Notes: generated by a model not told the origin, from the sequence alone. A DNA stretch of 64,000 bases from the human T2T-CHM13v2.0 reference genome, Homo sapiens (GCF_009914755.1 NC_060944.1); one strand, 5' to 3'; positions 38,382 through 55,110 are shown, counted from the first letter of the stretch. Translations and numbers: made by a program.

Positions 38382-41020
38382 CTAGAGCTGAGGCCGTGGC
38401 CGCTTCAGCCCAGGCCGGGGTCCACGGTGGCCAAGGCTCAGTAGGCCGGTCCCTTTAGGTCACTTCCGATTTTGTAGATGTTTGTGGTTACACAATTAAT
38501 ATGTTTACCTTGCAGATACAGTAGAAAACCCAGATAAAGCCAAAAGAAAGCAACCACCTGGAATTTCGCACCCAGAACAAACCTTTCTTCACATGTGCAC
38601 GGATTTCTTTCTAGACTTTTCTTCATCCATCCAGGCATTTTCATACAAAAAGTGAATCATACCCCACAGAGAGTCTGCAACCTGCCGAGCTGTTTCCCAC
38701 TCACCGCTAGATCGTGGCTCTCTTTCGTGCCAATGAATATACTTTTACAACATCATTCCTGCAGCTGTGCACGCACTTTGGGTGTGGCCAGAAAGTGATT
38801 GAGGTCGACTGAGCCCCTGTAGGTTGGATTTCTTTGGAGCAAAGTGAGTTTTCCAGAGTTTTTTCATTTTGTTTTTGCCTCCCTTGGGGAAGACAGGAAC
38901 TTCAAAGCCCTCATTTCTCTGGTGCAAAACGGGTTTTGACAAATCCACATTTAGGGGTAAACTTCATGGTGCCAGCCCCCCGCCTCCCTGTGTCTGAAGC
39001 TGGGAGCATAGGGGCACTTGCTACTCACCCTGTGAACTGCCCGGGGCCCCTCTTGGAGCCTGAGGGTTTGGTTTACACTGCCTGAAATGGACGCACGGGC
39101 AGGTCATATGCTTCACAGGGCTGTTTTGTGTTCAACAGGTGGTCTTTGTAAAGCACTCCACGCAGGGCTCGGCCTGTGGTCAGCCCTTGGTAACTGTCAG
39201 CTTTGTTACCATTCAAAGGACCACAGGGTGTGGGACAAGAGCACTGCGGCCCCCCAGGCCTGTGCTCTCGTCACCGGCTGCAGGATGGGGGCCTGTTCTC
39301 GTCACCTGCCGAAGGGCTGAAATGCCTCCTTGGGGGTCATGGTGGGGCCTGACTTATTGGGTGCCGAGTTAGATCACCCTTTGCTATTCATGAGGCTGTG
39401 GCTGTGCCAGGAACCACGGGCGCTGTGACAACACAGCCACGTCCCCTGACACCCACTGACGTCCCCTGCTCTGGGGCTCTCCACCGATGATCTCATTTAA
39501 CCCCGTTTTGCGGATGGGAAAACTGAGACTCAGGGATTCAATGACACTTGTAACATCTCACACCTGGTCAGTGGCGGAGCCCTCTGGGGCCCAGGCCTGG
39601 CTGCCACTCGGGGAGGTCTTGTTGGGGGCCTCTTTCCTTTGTCAGTGACTCCAGGACCTCTGGGCAGAGTGGGAGGAGGTGACATTCAGCAGAGTGTGGC
39701 CGTGGTGCTGTGTGTGTGAGATGGGAGGCAGTTGCCCTGTCTGGAGGCCTGGGCCCTACCTGGGCACTGAGCTGTGTGTATGTGTGTGTGGTGCACGCTG
39801 GTGGGGGGTGCTGAGGTTCAAGGTAGCGGGTCACTTGGGCATGTCACAGCACAGAGGGTAAACCCGCTGTCCACCAGGCTTGGGGCAGATATGGCTTCTG
39901 AATCCATCCTACCTGAGCACATTGTCAGACTCAAACAAGGAGCTAGACTAGGAGTCAGAGAAGGAGGGGCCAGATGGAGAGAAGGGGGTGGCTCAGGATG
40001 GGGCGTGGTGAGGGACCATTACCCACAGCACTGATGCGGCCGCACCAACGAGGCAGGCCCCTGCTAGTTTCATCCTGAACACAGATGATCACCCCATTTT
40101 GCACATGTGGAAACGGAGGCGCAGGAGGACTAGGTACTTGCCCAAGGTCACACAGCTAGAAAATGGTTGGGCAAAACCTTGAGTCTGGGGTGGTCCAAGT
40201 TTGTATCTTTGGCCCTACACTGTTGTGTAGACCTGGGAGGCATCCACCCACTTGGTGAGCCAGAGAGGGGCCTGTGGGCTGACTGTAAGCTCAAATGGGC
40301 CCTCTCTTCAGGTCCTGCAAATGAGGCACCGCCCCACCTCCCTACCTCCCAGACAGGGGTTGATGATGTGGGTTTTCTTCCACACTTGGAGGTCGACTGT
40401 ACTCATTTTGTGCCCTGGGTTTAATCCTAGAGGGCCATTCACTGGCTGTGTGACCTTGGGCAAGTAGCTTAACCTCTCTGTGCCTCAGTTTTCTCCATGT
40501 GAAACGGGGTAAAGATTCCTTTCTTCGTGGAGTCGGTGGGAGGATGAAGTGAGTTAGTGCCTGCGGGAGTCCGGGGGGCATCAGCTCCCGCAGGGTCGGG
40601 ACTTCGATGCCACAGATGGGCTTGCAGGTAGGGTCCTTGGGAGTCACGCAGGAGCTGGACTGGGGACTTGAGCGGGGGTACCCAGGTTGCAGGGGTGTTC
40701 CCCACGATAGAAGAAAATCAGCCTCTGAAGGGTGCTGGGTTTGTGCTCCTTCCCCCAAATTTGGGGCACGGGCATCAGCCAGAAAGGAGCCCGCCCCCGG
40801 CCCGGGAGGGCAGAACAGGAACTTTCACCTGGGGCCTGTGGACCGGCTGCAGGCTTATGTGCACCACCCCGGAACCGTGGGGGAAACACGTGTGTCTGGC
40901 TGCTTTGTGGGGAAGGAACAGGAGGGGGTCACACGGGATCCCCCCCACCCCGCCTGACCCCACCTCAGGCCCTGGAAGTTTCCGAGCCCAGCCTGGTGAG
41001 CGGCGGCCGGCGGCGTGCGG

Positions 41021-41034
41021 CCAGCAGAGGGCGC
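41021..41034 (+). promoter_or_regulatory. CTCF core motif (CCAGCAGAGGGCGC) in a CpG-rich patch
   Basis: Full match to the CTCF core consensus on the + strand. Confidence 0.8.
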
Positions 41035-41689
41035 TCGGGCCAAGGCTGTGAAAGGCCGGCTCCGCGCTCCTCCCCTCCAGGCCGCCCCTGCAGTCGAGAC
41101 CTGCGGAGGGCGCGGGCGGGGGCTGGCTTGGCCCTAACTCTCCGGGAGCCCGGGTGGGGCCGCTGGGGTCACAGCTGGGGCCACAGCTGGAAGCCGGCCC
41201 AGACATCTCAGCCCGGGGCGGGTGTCACAGGGGAAATTTTGACAATTTCCCGGCCTAGCCCCACCTGTACAGACGGCTGTCAATCAATCCCCGGGAGGGC
41301 CTAGGCTTCAGCCCCCAGGTCTGGGCACCACTGGGCAAGGGCTCCCTTCATTCTTAGCGTGAGCTCCCACCAGGCAGGGTCTGTCCCTATTTCTGCCCAT
41401 TTAACAGAGTAGGAAACTGAGGCTCAGAGGTGGCAGGACTTGCCTGAGATTACACTCACTTGCCTGGGATTACACACACCAGGGGCTGTGACGCCAAGCC
41501 CCATTATTTTTTTCCCCATTTATTCTTTTATATTCGTGATATTAACAGCAGCAGCAGCGCCTGTAACGGACCTTCTCAGTCTGGGCCTTGCTGGCACTCT
41601 GGGCTAGATGTCTGTGTTAGGGGCATGGGGTGCGCTGAGCGTTGAAGGGCATGGGGTAGCCTGCACATTGAAGCATGCTCAGCAGTGCG

Positions 41690-42060
41690 GGCTGTGTGAG
41701 GCTCCCCAGGACGATGCCCGTGTTCTAATCCCAGAACCTGGAACATGTTACCTTACATGGAGAAACAGACTTTGCAGAGGTGATTAAGTTAAAGATAGTG
41801 AGGTGGGGGGTCATCCTGCATTATCAGGGTGGCCTCGATGTCATCACAGGGGTCCATCTAAGAGGAAGGAGGAGGTGAGAGGGAAAGACAGAGGTTCAGA
41901 GCCGGTAAGCCAGATGCTGGGGGCAGAGAGGAGTCACACAAATGGGGGGATCAAAGATTCACCTCCAGGATCTCCCAGCCACGCAGTTCACCCCCCACAC
42001 CCCTGACCTGCAGGTGGAGCTGGGAGGGCCAGGCCTGTCTCGAGCTCTGTAGCCAGGGGC
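41690..42060 (+). mobile_element. MLT1 (MLT1D-like) LTR fragment
   Basis: 'tgttaccttacatgg...gactttgcagaggtgattaagttaaagat'; boundaries approximate. Confidence 0.7.
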
Positions 42061-42355
42061 GCCAGACCCCCTCCCCCCTTTCCCCACCCCCGGCCCCCCA
42101 GCTGACACTCCCGCCTTCAGGGCTTTGCCGGCACTGGCCCTGCTGGATTGCTTCTCCAGCAGCTGGGGGCATTCAGCTGATTGTGGCAAAGGCCACTGTG
42201 CCCCGGGGTGGGCGTGGGGGGCAGGTCAATGAGACACAGTGGGGGAGCTGACCAGCCAGGGGCTGGGAGGTGACAGCCAGGCCGCGGTGATATGTCCCAG
42301 GCAGCTTTTTCAGTAACATGTTTAAGAGCACTGGCTTGCAAGCCTGCCTGATGGC

Positions 42356-42459
42356 TGGGTTTGAATCCTATCTCTGTCCTTGGGCAGTAGTTTCACCTCC
42401 CTGAGTGGGTTTGAATCCTATCTCTGTCCTTGAGCAGTAGTTTCACCTCCCTGAATGGG
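42356..42459. repeat. 50-bp tandem duplication inside a MIR-like element
   Basis: Two copies starting at 42356 and 42406, differing at 2 positions. Confidence 0.95.
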
Positions 42460-43311
42460 CTGCCTTGGAATCATGCAGCGGGGGCTGCATCATGCTGCGT
42501 ATCCACAACTGTCCAAGGAACCCTTGTTTCACAGGAGCTCTTGCAGAAGAGGGTTTTCATGGAATGCAAAATCCTGGTCCTGCTGGCCCCTCCCCATCTG
42601 AGGTGATGTGGCTGCCCGTGGGTGGGTGCCAGTCTGCTGTCATCCGTGGGAGCTAGCAGCCTGGCAGATGGGAGTGTTAAATCCTCCGTGATGGGTTGAC
42701 CACCAGGACTGGAAAAATCTGGTTTTCAATCTGGAATTTTGAACATGGGTCTCACTTGTCAGCCATGTGGCTTTGGGCAAGCCACTTACCCTCCCTTGGC
42801 CCCAGTCTCCTCATGTACTTAAGGGGAGGATTAAAGAATGCTTAGAAAATGCCCTTGTCACAGAAGGTCCACACCATTCTAAGCACCCCCAAATTCAGGG
42901 GTGAGCCTGGATTGGCTACAGCTAATGACTCTCATCCCCATGCCCAATTGGAGGTGGCAAATACTGGGGTGGTTTAGAAATTGCTTTTGTCCCCTGTGGG
43001 AATGTGAGGTCTGGAACCACTGCAGCCATTTTGTCCCCAGCAGGGCAGAACTCTTAGTGGCTGGAAAGTCTCCGTGTGGAGCCTGAAAAAGCTGAGTCTG
43101 TGGGAAGCCATGAAGAGAGATGGAGGGACAGTGGGTCCTGAACCACATTGTTTGAGCTGCTGGATGAGGCCTTACCTGAACACTGCTAGTTTGTGAGTCA
43201 ATAAGCACGCTAAAAAAAAAACAACAAAAAAACCTGCTTTTTGTTTTGATTCAAAAGTACAAATAGATCTGCAACATCCCACCTACAATATTGAACAGAT
43301 GCCTAAACATA

Positions 43312-43623
43312 CAGTCGTCCCCCAGTATCCCCAGGGGATTGGCTCCAGGACTCCCTGTGGGTACAAAATCCATGGATACTCAAGTCCCTGATATGAGATG
43401 ATATAGTATTTGCATATAACCTATGCACATCCTCCTGTATACTTTAAATCATCTCTAGATTACTTATAATACCTAAAACAATGTGAATGCTATGTAAATA
43501 GTTGTTATACTGTATCATTTAGGGAATAATGACAAAAAAGTCCACACGTGTTTAGTACAGATGCAGTCATCTTGTTTTTCAGATATTTTCGATCCTCAGA
43601 ACCCACACATACATAACCGACTG
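43312..43623 (+). mobile_element. MER2 (TcMar-Tigger MITE)
   Basis: cagtcgtccc...ccgactg termini with TA target-site duplication. Confidence 0.9.
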
Positions 43624-46600
43624 TATTTTTAAAAATCTTATTGGTTTCATTTTTCCCACTTGAAAATTTTTTCCCACATTCACTCAGCCTTCCATTCCAG
43701 GCCAGACCCAGTGGCTTCATAGGTTTTCTGTGCAGTATCAGGCTTCAGATTCTCACAACTCCCCATGCAGGGTTTTGTTTTTTTTTTTTTTTTTTTTTTG
43801 AGCCTTCGGTGGCTGGGGCCCTGTGGAGAGAGACTCATCAGAGAGCAGAGAGCTGGAGAGAAAGAAGCCTGAAAGGAAGGCTTGAGCCTCTGGATCCAAC
43901 CATTCCTGAACATGAGTGTCCCTTGATTCCCCAGTTGCATGAGCAAATACATTCACCATTGTGCCTGAGCCTGGGGAGCTAGGCTTCGGCCATTCAAAGC
44001 CAAAATGCCCGTGAGTCCCTCTGTAGACTCTTCTTCCTGCTCTAAGCATCCAATTTTGGTTGCCTGGTAAAATCTCACAAGTGAGGAGTCCTGTCTGGGG
44101 TCACCCAGAGAGGAGGAGAGCAGCTGGAATGAGAACATAAAATTGCATCTGTGAGCAGGTTGGTGGTTTCAGAAAATCATTTCCAACTCCTGGAGCAAAT
44201 TCCTCCTCCCTGCATCGAGTTCTGGGGGCTACAAGCTCCGTTTGCACACACCATGGCAGAAGGGAGGGGTGGGTGGGCGGGCTAGACACAGCGCGGGCTG
44301 AGGGGTGGATGGACTTAATCATTCTCTGCTTTTAATGGTATCTAGTTAATTTCCTTCCCAAGGAGACTAACATTGACCTTCACCTCTGGCCCCCATTAAC
44401 TGCTAGCAATGCTTTGTCAGCGTATTTATGACAAATTAATTACACAGGGAAAATCTTGCTGGGAAAATGAGTATTCTGATTCAGCCTGGGGGTGGAAGCT
44501 GCATTTTGATTCCTCATTGACAGGGGGCCTGGTTATCCACAAAGTTTGGCCAAACTTGGAGGCAAGCAACTGATTTGCAGCTCCATGCAGCAGGAAGACA
44601 CGCCCAGAAAGATAGACAAACCCCATTCTCATCCCCTCCTGCCTAGTGACTCATGTTTGCAAACTGGGTACTCTATGAGAAAATACTCTGGGGATCCCAG
44701 ATCAGCATGGTGGTTGAGATAACTTTGCCTACAGTATGGCTGAGCAGCTCCAGTCCATGGGACAAGACACCCTATCCCCCAGAGTCAATCCAATGGCTGT
44801 ACCGACCTTGTTGCCTAGGTCTGCCCAGTCCTCCCTGTGGGCTGGCTTGTACAGCAGTGTCTGGTCCAAACTCCCAAGCGGCCATGGTCTGGTCCCCACC
44901 TGCCTCCGCAGCCAGCCTCCCTCCACTCTTCTTTGTGCTGGGCTCTCCGGCAATACCCAAACCACGGTGGTTCTCTGAATAACTCAGCTGGTTCTGATCT
45001 TCATGGCTTTACTCCAGCTGTGGCCTGCCTAGAGCACCATTTCCACCCTACGCAGCCTCCTCCCTCTGCCTGGTCTTGAAAAATGTGCTCTTGAGAGTTC
45101 CCTCCTCCTCCAGGAAGCCTTCTGGACCCCTCTAGGCTGTGTCTGGGCCCCTGTCCCACACTCCCATGATTCCCTGTGATGGTTCCTGCTCTGAACTCCC
45201 TGCCTGTGTACGTTCCCCTCCTGACTCACTGTGAGCCACTATCAATGACAGGGCTTTGTCTCCCACTCTCAGTAGCCCAAGGGCCCAGCACAGGAGTTAG
45301 CCTGCAGGATGTGGTCAGTGAAGGGCCTTGTCCAGCATACATTGGACCCTGGAGGTATAAGAGTTGAAAGCCAGGGCCCCTGAGTCCAGTAAATTCCTCA
45401 TTCAAAGCTGGGGAGTGTAGCGGACTTCTGAGGTTCTAGCCTGTCCAGCATCCCTTTCCTGGTAAATTTAGAAAACAGCTGATCCATCACCCTTAGGCCA
45501 TGTGACTGGGGGTGGCTGCTCCCCATCCTGGTTCCAGAGATAAGCTATGTGATACCAGTTGGCCAATCACCGCATTCTATTGCTCTGGCCAATGACTGGT
45601 GGGGAATGGGCATACAAATAAAGCCATCTGTTGTGGCTTTTGCTGTCGGGAAAGTCATCCCTCTCCACTGGGTAGCTAAGCTAGTGGTGTGGGGGCCTGG
45701 AGCTGCTGGGGGCTATCATTGAAAACAGAGGAAAGCAGTAGGGGGGTGGAGCGAGGCTGAGTTCTAAGAGATCACCTGAGCTCCTGGATCTAGACATTCC
45801 TGAAGCAGGCTCTATGCCTGGGCTTGTCTATTAGAAGATCCAGTGCATCCCCTTTTGTGCTGAAGCAGGTCTCAGCTTTCTATCATCTACGACCAAATGA
45901 GTCTCGATGGACGAGAGCTAGACTAATGACAAGGCAATGTTGGGGCAATGAAGTGTGGGTTTGATATGGGGAGCAGAGGAGGCTTCAGAAGCAGACAGGA
46001 GGCATCCAGCTAGCCTGGGAGCTCTGAAATCTCTCGGTAAGGTCATGCCTCAGGTTGAGTAGCAGTGAGCTAAGGGGAGTGGGTAGGGGAGGTGAGGGGG
46101 CAGCTGCCCTTCAGAAATGGAAATCCCAGTGGAGCTGGCTTCAGCACTAAGGGGACATCTCAGTTCTTCTAATGGGTAAGTGCTAGGATAGGTTCTGCTT
46201 CAGGAATGACTGGATCAAGGAGCTCAAACAATGTCTTACGAATCCCCTTTAAGGGATGAACTGTAAGTTCTATATATCAGTCTAGGTTCTGACCAATATG
46301 TCAAAGCATCCACCCTAAAGATCCTCCCAGTCGAGTTGGGCAAGGAGATATGAATTTGTTCAATAACTGTTTTTACTGAGGCCCTGTGATGAGCCAGCCC
46401 CTCCCCGCCAAGGTAGACATTAGCCCCAGGGGCATCAGCTTTTGGGTGTCAGATGCCAAGGCCAGTGAAGGAGACAGAGTGGAGTGTGACAAACGCCCAC
46501 CTGAGGACTGGGTGTGGCATTGGAGTTGGGGGCAGCAGAGTGCCTGTGTGTGTGCATGTGTGTGTGTACACCTGTGTGTGCATGTGTGTGTGCCTATGTG

Positions 46601-46814
46601 CACACTGAAGGACGGACACAGTCCTTGTTCCACAATCACCCTGCCCAGCTGATCACCACCTCCCTCTATCCCTCTCCATCTTCCTCCCACCATGCCCCAC
46701 CAAATCCCTCCACTACCCACCCCACCCCATGGTTCAAGAAATGTTGCAGAGCCCATAGCCCTTCTACGGGAACTTAGCCCCTAGCGGGGTGGTGGGGTCT
46801 GGTAAATAACAAGC

Positions 46815-47177
46815 TGACATGGTTTTGCTGTGTCCCCACCCAAATCTCATCTTGAATTGTAGCTCCCATAATTCCCATGTGTTGTGGGAGAGACTCAGCA
46901 GGAGATAATTGAATCATGGGGATGGTTCCCCCATACTGTTCTCCTGGTAGTGAAGTAAGTCTTATGAGATCTGATGGCTCCATAAGGGAAGCCACTTTCC
47001 CTTGGCTCTCATTCTCTCTCTTGCCTGCTGCCATGTAAGACGTGCCTTTCGCCTTCCACCGTGATTGTGAGGCCTCCCCAGCCACGTGGAAGTGTGAGTC
47101 CGTTAAACTTCTTTTTGCCTATAAATTACCCCGTCTTGGGTATATCTTTATCGGCAGCGTGAAAATGGGCTAATCCA
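46815..47177 (+). mobile_element. THE1 solo LTR (ERVL-MaLR)
   Basis: TG...CA ends, 'tgtgtccccacccaaatctcatcttgaattgtagctccc', perfect 5-bp TSD CAAGC. Confidence 0.93.
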
Positions 47178-47691
47178 CAAGCACTCCCTGCTGATTGGCC
47201 AGAAGAGGTCACCTGACCCATGGGTCAGCCAATGACTTCCACCAGGGCCTGGGGACCCAGGGTCGGGGTGGGAAAGAATTTTCTCTTTGGGAGTCCAGCT
47301 AAAAGATCCTGAGAGATCAAGGCTGAGGAGAGAAGATTCTAGAAAGGTCGGGTGATAAGGAGGTCAGGTGGCCACAATGGGCCTTGAGGAAGTGAGACCT
47401 CAGGTGAGGAGAGAGTGGGGCAGTGTTTCAGTTGGCTCAGGCTGCTATAAAAAAATGCCTCACCCTGGGTAATTTATAAGCAACAGGAATTTATTGCTTA
47501 CAGTTTCGGGGTCTGGGAAGGCCAAGATCAAGGTGCCAGCAGAGTCAGTGTCTGATGAGGGGTTGGTCTCGGCTTTAAGGATGGCACTTTGTTACTGCAT
47601 CCTCACATGGCGGACAGGCAAGCGGGACTAACAGGCTCCCTCAAGCCCTTTCATGGCAGCGCTAATCCCACAATCCCACTCGCCCTCCTGA

Positions 47692-48065
<374 letters not shown>

Positions 48066-48467
48066 TTGGGATTATGTTTTGATATGAATTTTGTTGGGAC
48101 TCAAACATTCAAACCACAGCAGGTAGCCATGATGGAAGGTAACTCCAGGCAGATGCCCCGAGCCCAGGAAAGAGTGGAGAGAGTCCCCTGGGCCTGGGGG
48201 ACCGAGCCCCACTCCCATCTACCCACCTCCTCTTGGCACACCAAAGGTTCCCCAAGGCAACTCCCTGTCATCTACTCCTGGCCATCAAAAGACCTGGCCT
48301 GAACCCATCCCCATGCCAGGTCCATTCCCCCAAAACTGATTCATGCAGGTTATGTCTGGAAGCAAGCAGGTCAAACAAGACGCTAAGGAATGCAGAGAGC
48401 AGCAGGCTAGTCTCCCTAGCATGCGCCCACCCCCAGCCTGTGTCCAAGCCCCACGTGAGGCTGTGCA

Positions 48468-48664
48468 CTAAATCCCACCTCCCCACCAGCTCCCCTCGTG
48501 TGAGGCTTCATCCACATAGTGGCTGCCTTCTGCAGCTTTGTGACTCCTGTTTCCAAGAGTCATAGTTTCCAGCTTGGGGGTGAGCTTCGAGTGGCTGGGA
48601 GTGATGGGCTGACCAATGTCTCGAGGAAAGTGACTTCTGGATTGTGTGTCTGCGGGACGACGAC
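48468..48664 (-). CDS. ZBP1: ZBP1 exon 8 coding part to TAG
   Basis: ccctag| RRPADTQSRSHFPRDIGQPITPSHSKL...HEGSWWGGGI*; 197 nt. With the recalled 34-nt exon 1 CDS (outside the window) the total is 1290 nt = 429 aa. Confidence 0.96.
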
Positions 48665-48681
48665 CTAGGGAAGAGAAGATG

Positions 48682-48858
48682 GGGGATCAGCTTCATGGGC
48701 ACGTGGCCTGGGCATTTCCACAGGGACCCGCTCTTGGAAGGATTTCGAGCTCAGCTTGAGCCTTTGTTGTTACTGTCTTTAGATTTGTACAAAGTCTTGA
48801 ACAGGGAGCCCCACCTTTTCACTTTGCACTGGGCCCCCAGATCATGTAGCCAGTCCTG
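48682..48858. mobile_element. MER45A (hAT-Tip100)
   Basis: 'gcttcatgggc...ttgaacaggg...ttttcactttgcactgggccc...atgtagccagtcctg'. A reverse-oriented related fragment lies at about 1232-1295. Confidence 0.75.
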
Positions 48859-49099
48859 TCCTAGTTTCACAGCAGTGAGATGGAGGAGCAGAAATAACAC
48901 CAGAAAGCCCCCATCCCAGGGCTCTCCCAGTCCTCCCAGGGACCCCAAAAGACGGCTCTACATGCTCTGGCACTGACAGTCTCTGATTAGCAATTTCCTC
49001 AAACAAAACAAAACAAAACAAAACAAAACAAAACAAAAACCATTCCAGGCCTTACACATCTCAGGATAAGGTCCCGCCCGCCACTCAAGGAGGAAGTGA

Positions 49100-51894
<2,795 letters not shown>

Positions 51895-52022
51895 TTGATG
51901 TCTCTTGGGGACAAAGAGAGGTGGGTGGGTCAGGGCAAGGGGCAAAGATGTCATCAGCTCTTCTGCTAGAACCTTAGGGAAGAATGTCAGGATGTTGCAG
52001 GGCAAATCTGGGAGTGTGACCA

Positions 52023-52427
<405 letters not shown>

Positions 52428-54043
52428 TAAGCCGGATCCCCATCTGGTGGCACATGCCCTCCCAAGGGTCCCCAGTGGCCTTGGAGGTCTCAGAGACTCC
52501 CTTTGCTGCTGGAAGGAAGTCCATGCTCCCAGATGCTCATGGCCTGAGTCCTGAGGAATGCGCTCCTGGTCCCCGTTCTGCAGGTGTCACATGTGCATGG
52601 GGCTCCCAGGGGTCCTGGAGGGAGAGTTTGAAGACACGTGGGGCCAGGGTCTCCTCAGTTGCTGGGACAGCAAGGACACGGCCCTTGGGGTGAGGAGACC
52701 CTCTGGACTTCCAGGACATGCATCCCCTGGGCCTTCAGGCACTGGAGGGTGGATGCCGGCCAGTCCTCCAGATTCCGTGAATCCATGTTTTCTACCCATT
52801 GGTGGGACTGGGTGTGATTCCTTATTCCAGATCCCAAAAGGGTAGGAGCGGAAATCCGCCTTCTAATTCTTTTTTCACATGGGAGGCAAAAATCTCATCC
52901 AGCCCCTCTCCTGCTCAAAGCCCCCCATGGCTTCCAATTGCCTTAGCATCGACTGCAGCCTGGAGCCAGGCCCTGGCTCTGCTCTCCATGCTCAGGTCAC
53001 CCTCAAACCCCTGTGGGTTCCCACACTGTCATGTCCTCACCTCCAGGCCATTGTCCACACTGTTCCACCCACCAGGTACACCTGCCCTGGCCCTCCCCAC
53101 CTTGCGTGGACCTGCCCAACTCTCCAGCTGCCCCCACCCGAGGCCCCGAGCTCCCTTCTGCAGAGTTGGAATCCTCAGGCTCTGCAACCAGCCTGTGCAG
53201 CTTCCAGGGACCAAACGGTGGCTGGGACGGTGAACCGCACTGGTTTCCCCTCTCCCCTCTTCCTGTTGGCAGTGGAGCCCCCTCCCCTGAGTCTCTGCTG
53301 GGCTTAGACTGCCTTGACACAGGCGGCACTTCCCAGACCCCCCGTGGCTAAGTGCAGGCCCTCAGAACAGCACAGATGCAGTGGGTGGGCTTGGTCAAAG
53401 ACAACAGCGGCTCTCTGTACCCTCTCTCGCCCCTCTGCTTGCTGGTGCTAAGTTCAACCCCACAGATGAGGACGGAGCCCAAGGGACGACTCAGCACTGA
53501 GGTAAAAGAAACCCTGGTCTGCTACCCTCACCCGGACATGAGACTTGGGCTTCAAGCAGGCGGGGCCACCGTGTGTGGCATCTCCACTGCAGCAGGTCAG
53601 CCTGTGCCCTGATGCAGAACCTTATTTGCATGGCAACCCAGCACCTCTCTCGGGCCCAAAACAATCACCACAACAATGATGAGACAATAACACTCCTATC
53701 TCCTGAATGCTGGCAGGGCTGGTGTAGGGCTGAGCTTCGCCTTCAGATTTTACCCCAGTCTTGCAACCACTGTAGGAGTTGCTTCAGGCTATTCTTGCCA
53801 TCCCACTTTACAGCTAAGGAGACAGAGGCTCCTGGGTGAAATGACTTGGGTGGGTCCCTCCACTAGGGGGACGGAGCCTCCACGCTGACTCTAGAGCTGC
53901 TGCTCCTCGCTGTGGGTGGGCACAGCCTCCAGACTCCGGGAAACCAGAGATTAGCGAATGATCGATGAGAGTGAATGAATGAATGAGTGGAAGGTGGGGA
54001 GAGAGAGAGAACACACAGGGGTCCACTCTGCCCCCTAGCTCAC

Positions 54044-54262
54044 CTGCGTCCTCCCCTGGCTCCCCCTCTCCAGACCCTGCGACTCCTCCTGGGCCAGCCA
54101 CCCCTGGGCTGATAGACATTTTGTTGCTGTTGCCGATGGTGGCGTCCTCGAGAAAGCACGATTTCATGTGGATTCTCTGGGCGGCTTCCCCCTCAGGGTG
54201 AGTTCCTGGACTGGGAATTCTTGCTTCAAACGAAGCTTCTGGGCCGGCAGCAGTGGCAGAGA
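54044..54262 (-). CDS. ZBP1: ZBP1 exon 7 (RHIM-like ATIG)
   Basis: cacag| SATAAGPEASF...EDATIGNSNKM...PGEDA G|GTGAG; 219 nt. Confidence 0.96.
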
Positions 54263-55110
54263 CTGTGGGTCAAAGGGAGAGAGGCCTGGAGCCAGGAGCA
54301 GCTGGACAGTGGCCGGGAACCCTGACCCCCAGCCTGGTTCACCCTCCTCCCCAGATCTCCCACCAGTGGCCCACACCATCCCAGGAGCACAGCCTGTGCC
54401 TGCCCGCCACACCTCCACCCGCCACACCTCCGCTCGTGCTGTTGTGCTGTCTGGGAAGCGTCTTTCTGCTCCACTGATCCCGCAGTGGGTCTGCCCCACT
54501 GATCCCGCCCGGCTGATCTGGACGTCAGTGTCTTCCTCTGGGATTCAGCTCCTCTCTCCTCTGCTGCCTGCTTCCCACTGCACTGGAACACTGGCCCCCA
54601 CTTTTGGTTGAAATCTTATGGGGGCTCCCAGCCTGGCCCCAGCTCCTGCCATCTGGCTCTGCCCTTTCCCACCCAAACTTCTGAAGAATCATCCACACTG
54701 AGTCCCGCCCCCTCCACTCCCGAGACCTCTTCTGCTCCCTGGCCCCCAGAAACCACCCCCTCAAGGTTACCACGATCCCTCTCGCTGAACCCCACAGATG
54801 CTTCCCTGGTCTCACCAGCCTGGCCCCTCTCTGGAGACTCCTTTCCCGGGGCCTCTGCTTTCCTCCTCCCTCTCTGGCTTCTCTGCTGGTTCTTCTCCCC
54901 CAGCCCATCTCTGCATTCCCAGTGTGGGGGAGGCCTCTGCCTGGGGCCCTCTGGTCACTGCAGCCACAGCTCCTAGTACGGCACCTGTCTTCCATCCTCC
55001 CTAAACACCATTCCAGTCTCAAACCATCACCCTGCTCCAGTTGGCCCAGCCTCTGCTTCTCTGCTCATTTTACAAATGAGGAAACTGAGGTTTCCTGCAG
55101 TGGGTCGTAG

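Noticed and set aside
46545-46605. TG-rich tract near the ZBP1 3' end as a Z-DNA autoregulatory element
   Set aside because: Interrupted, common microsatellite type, and outside the transcript.
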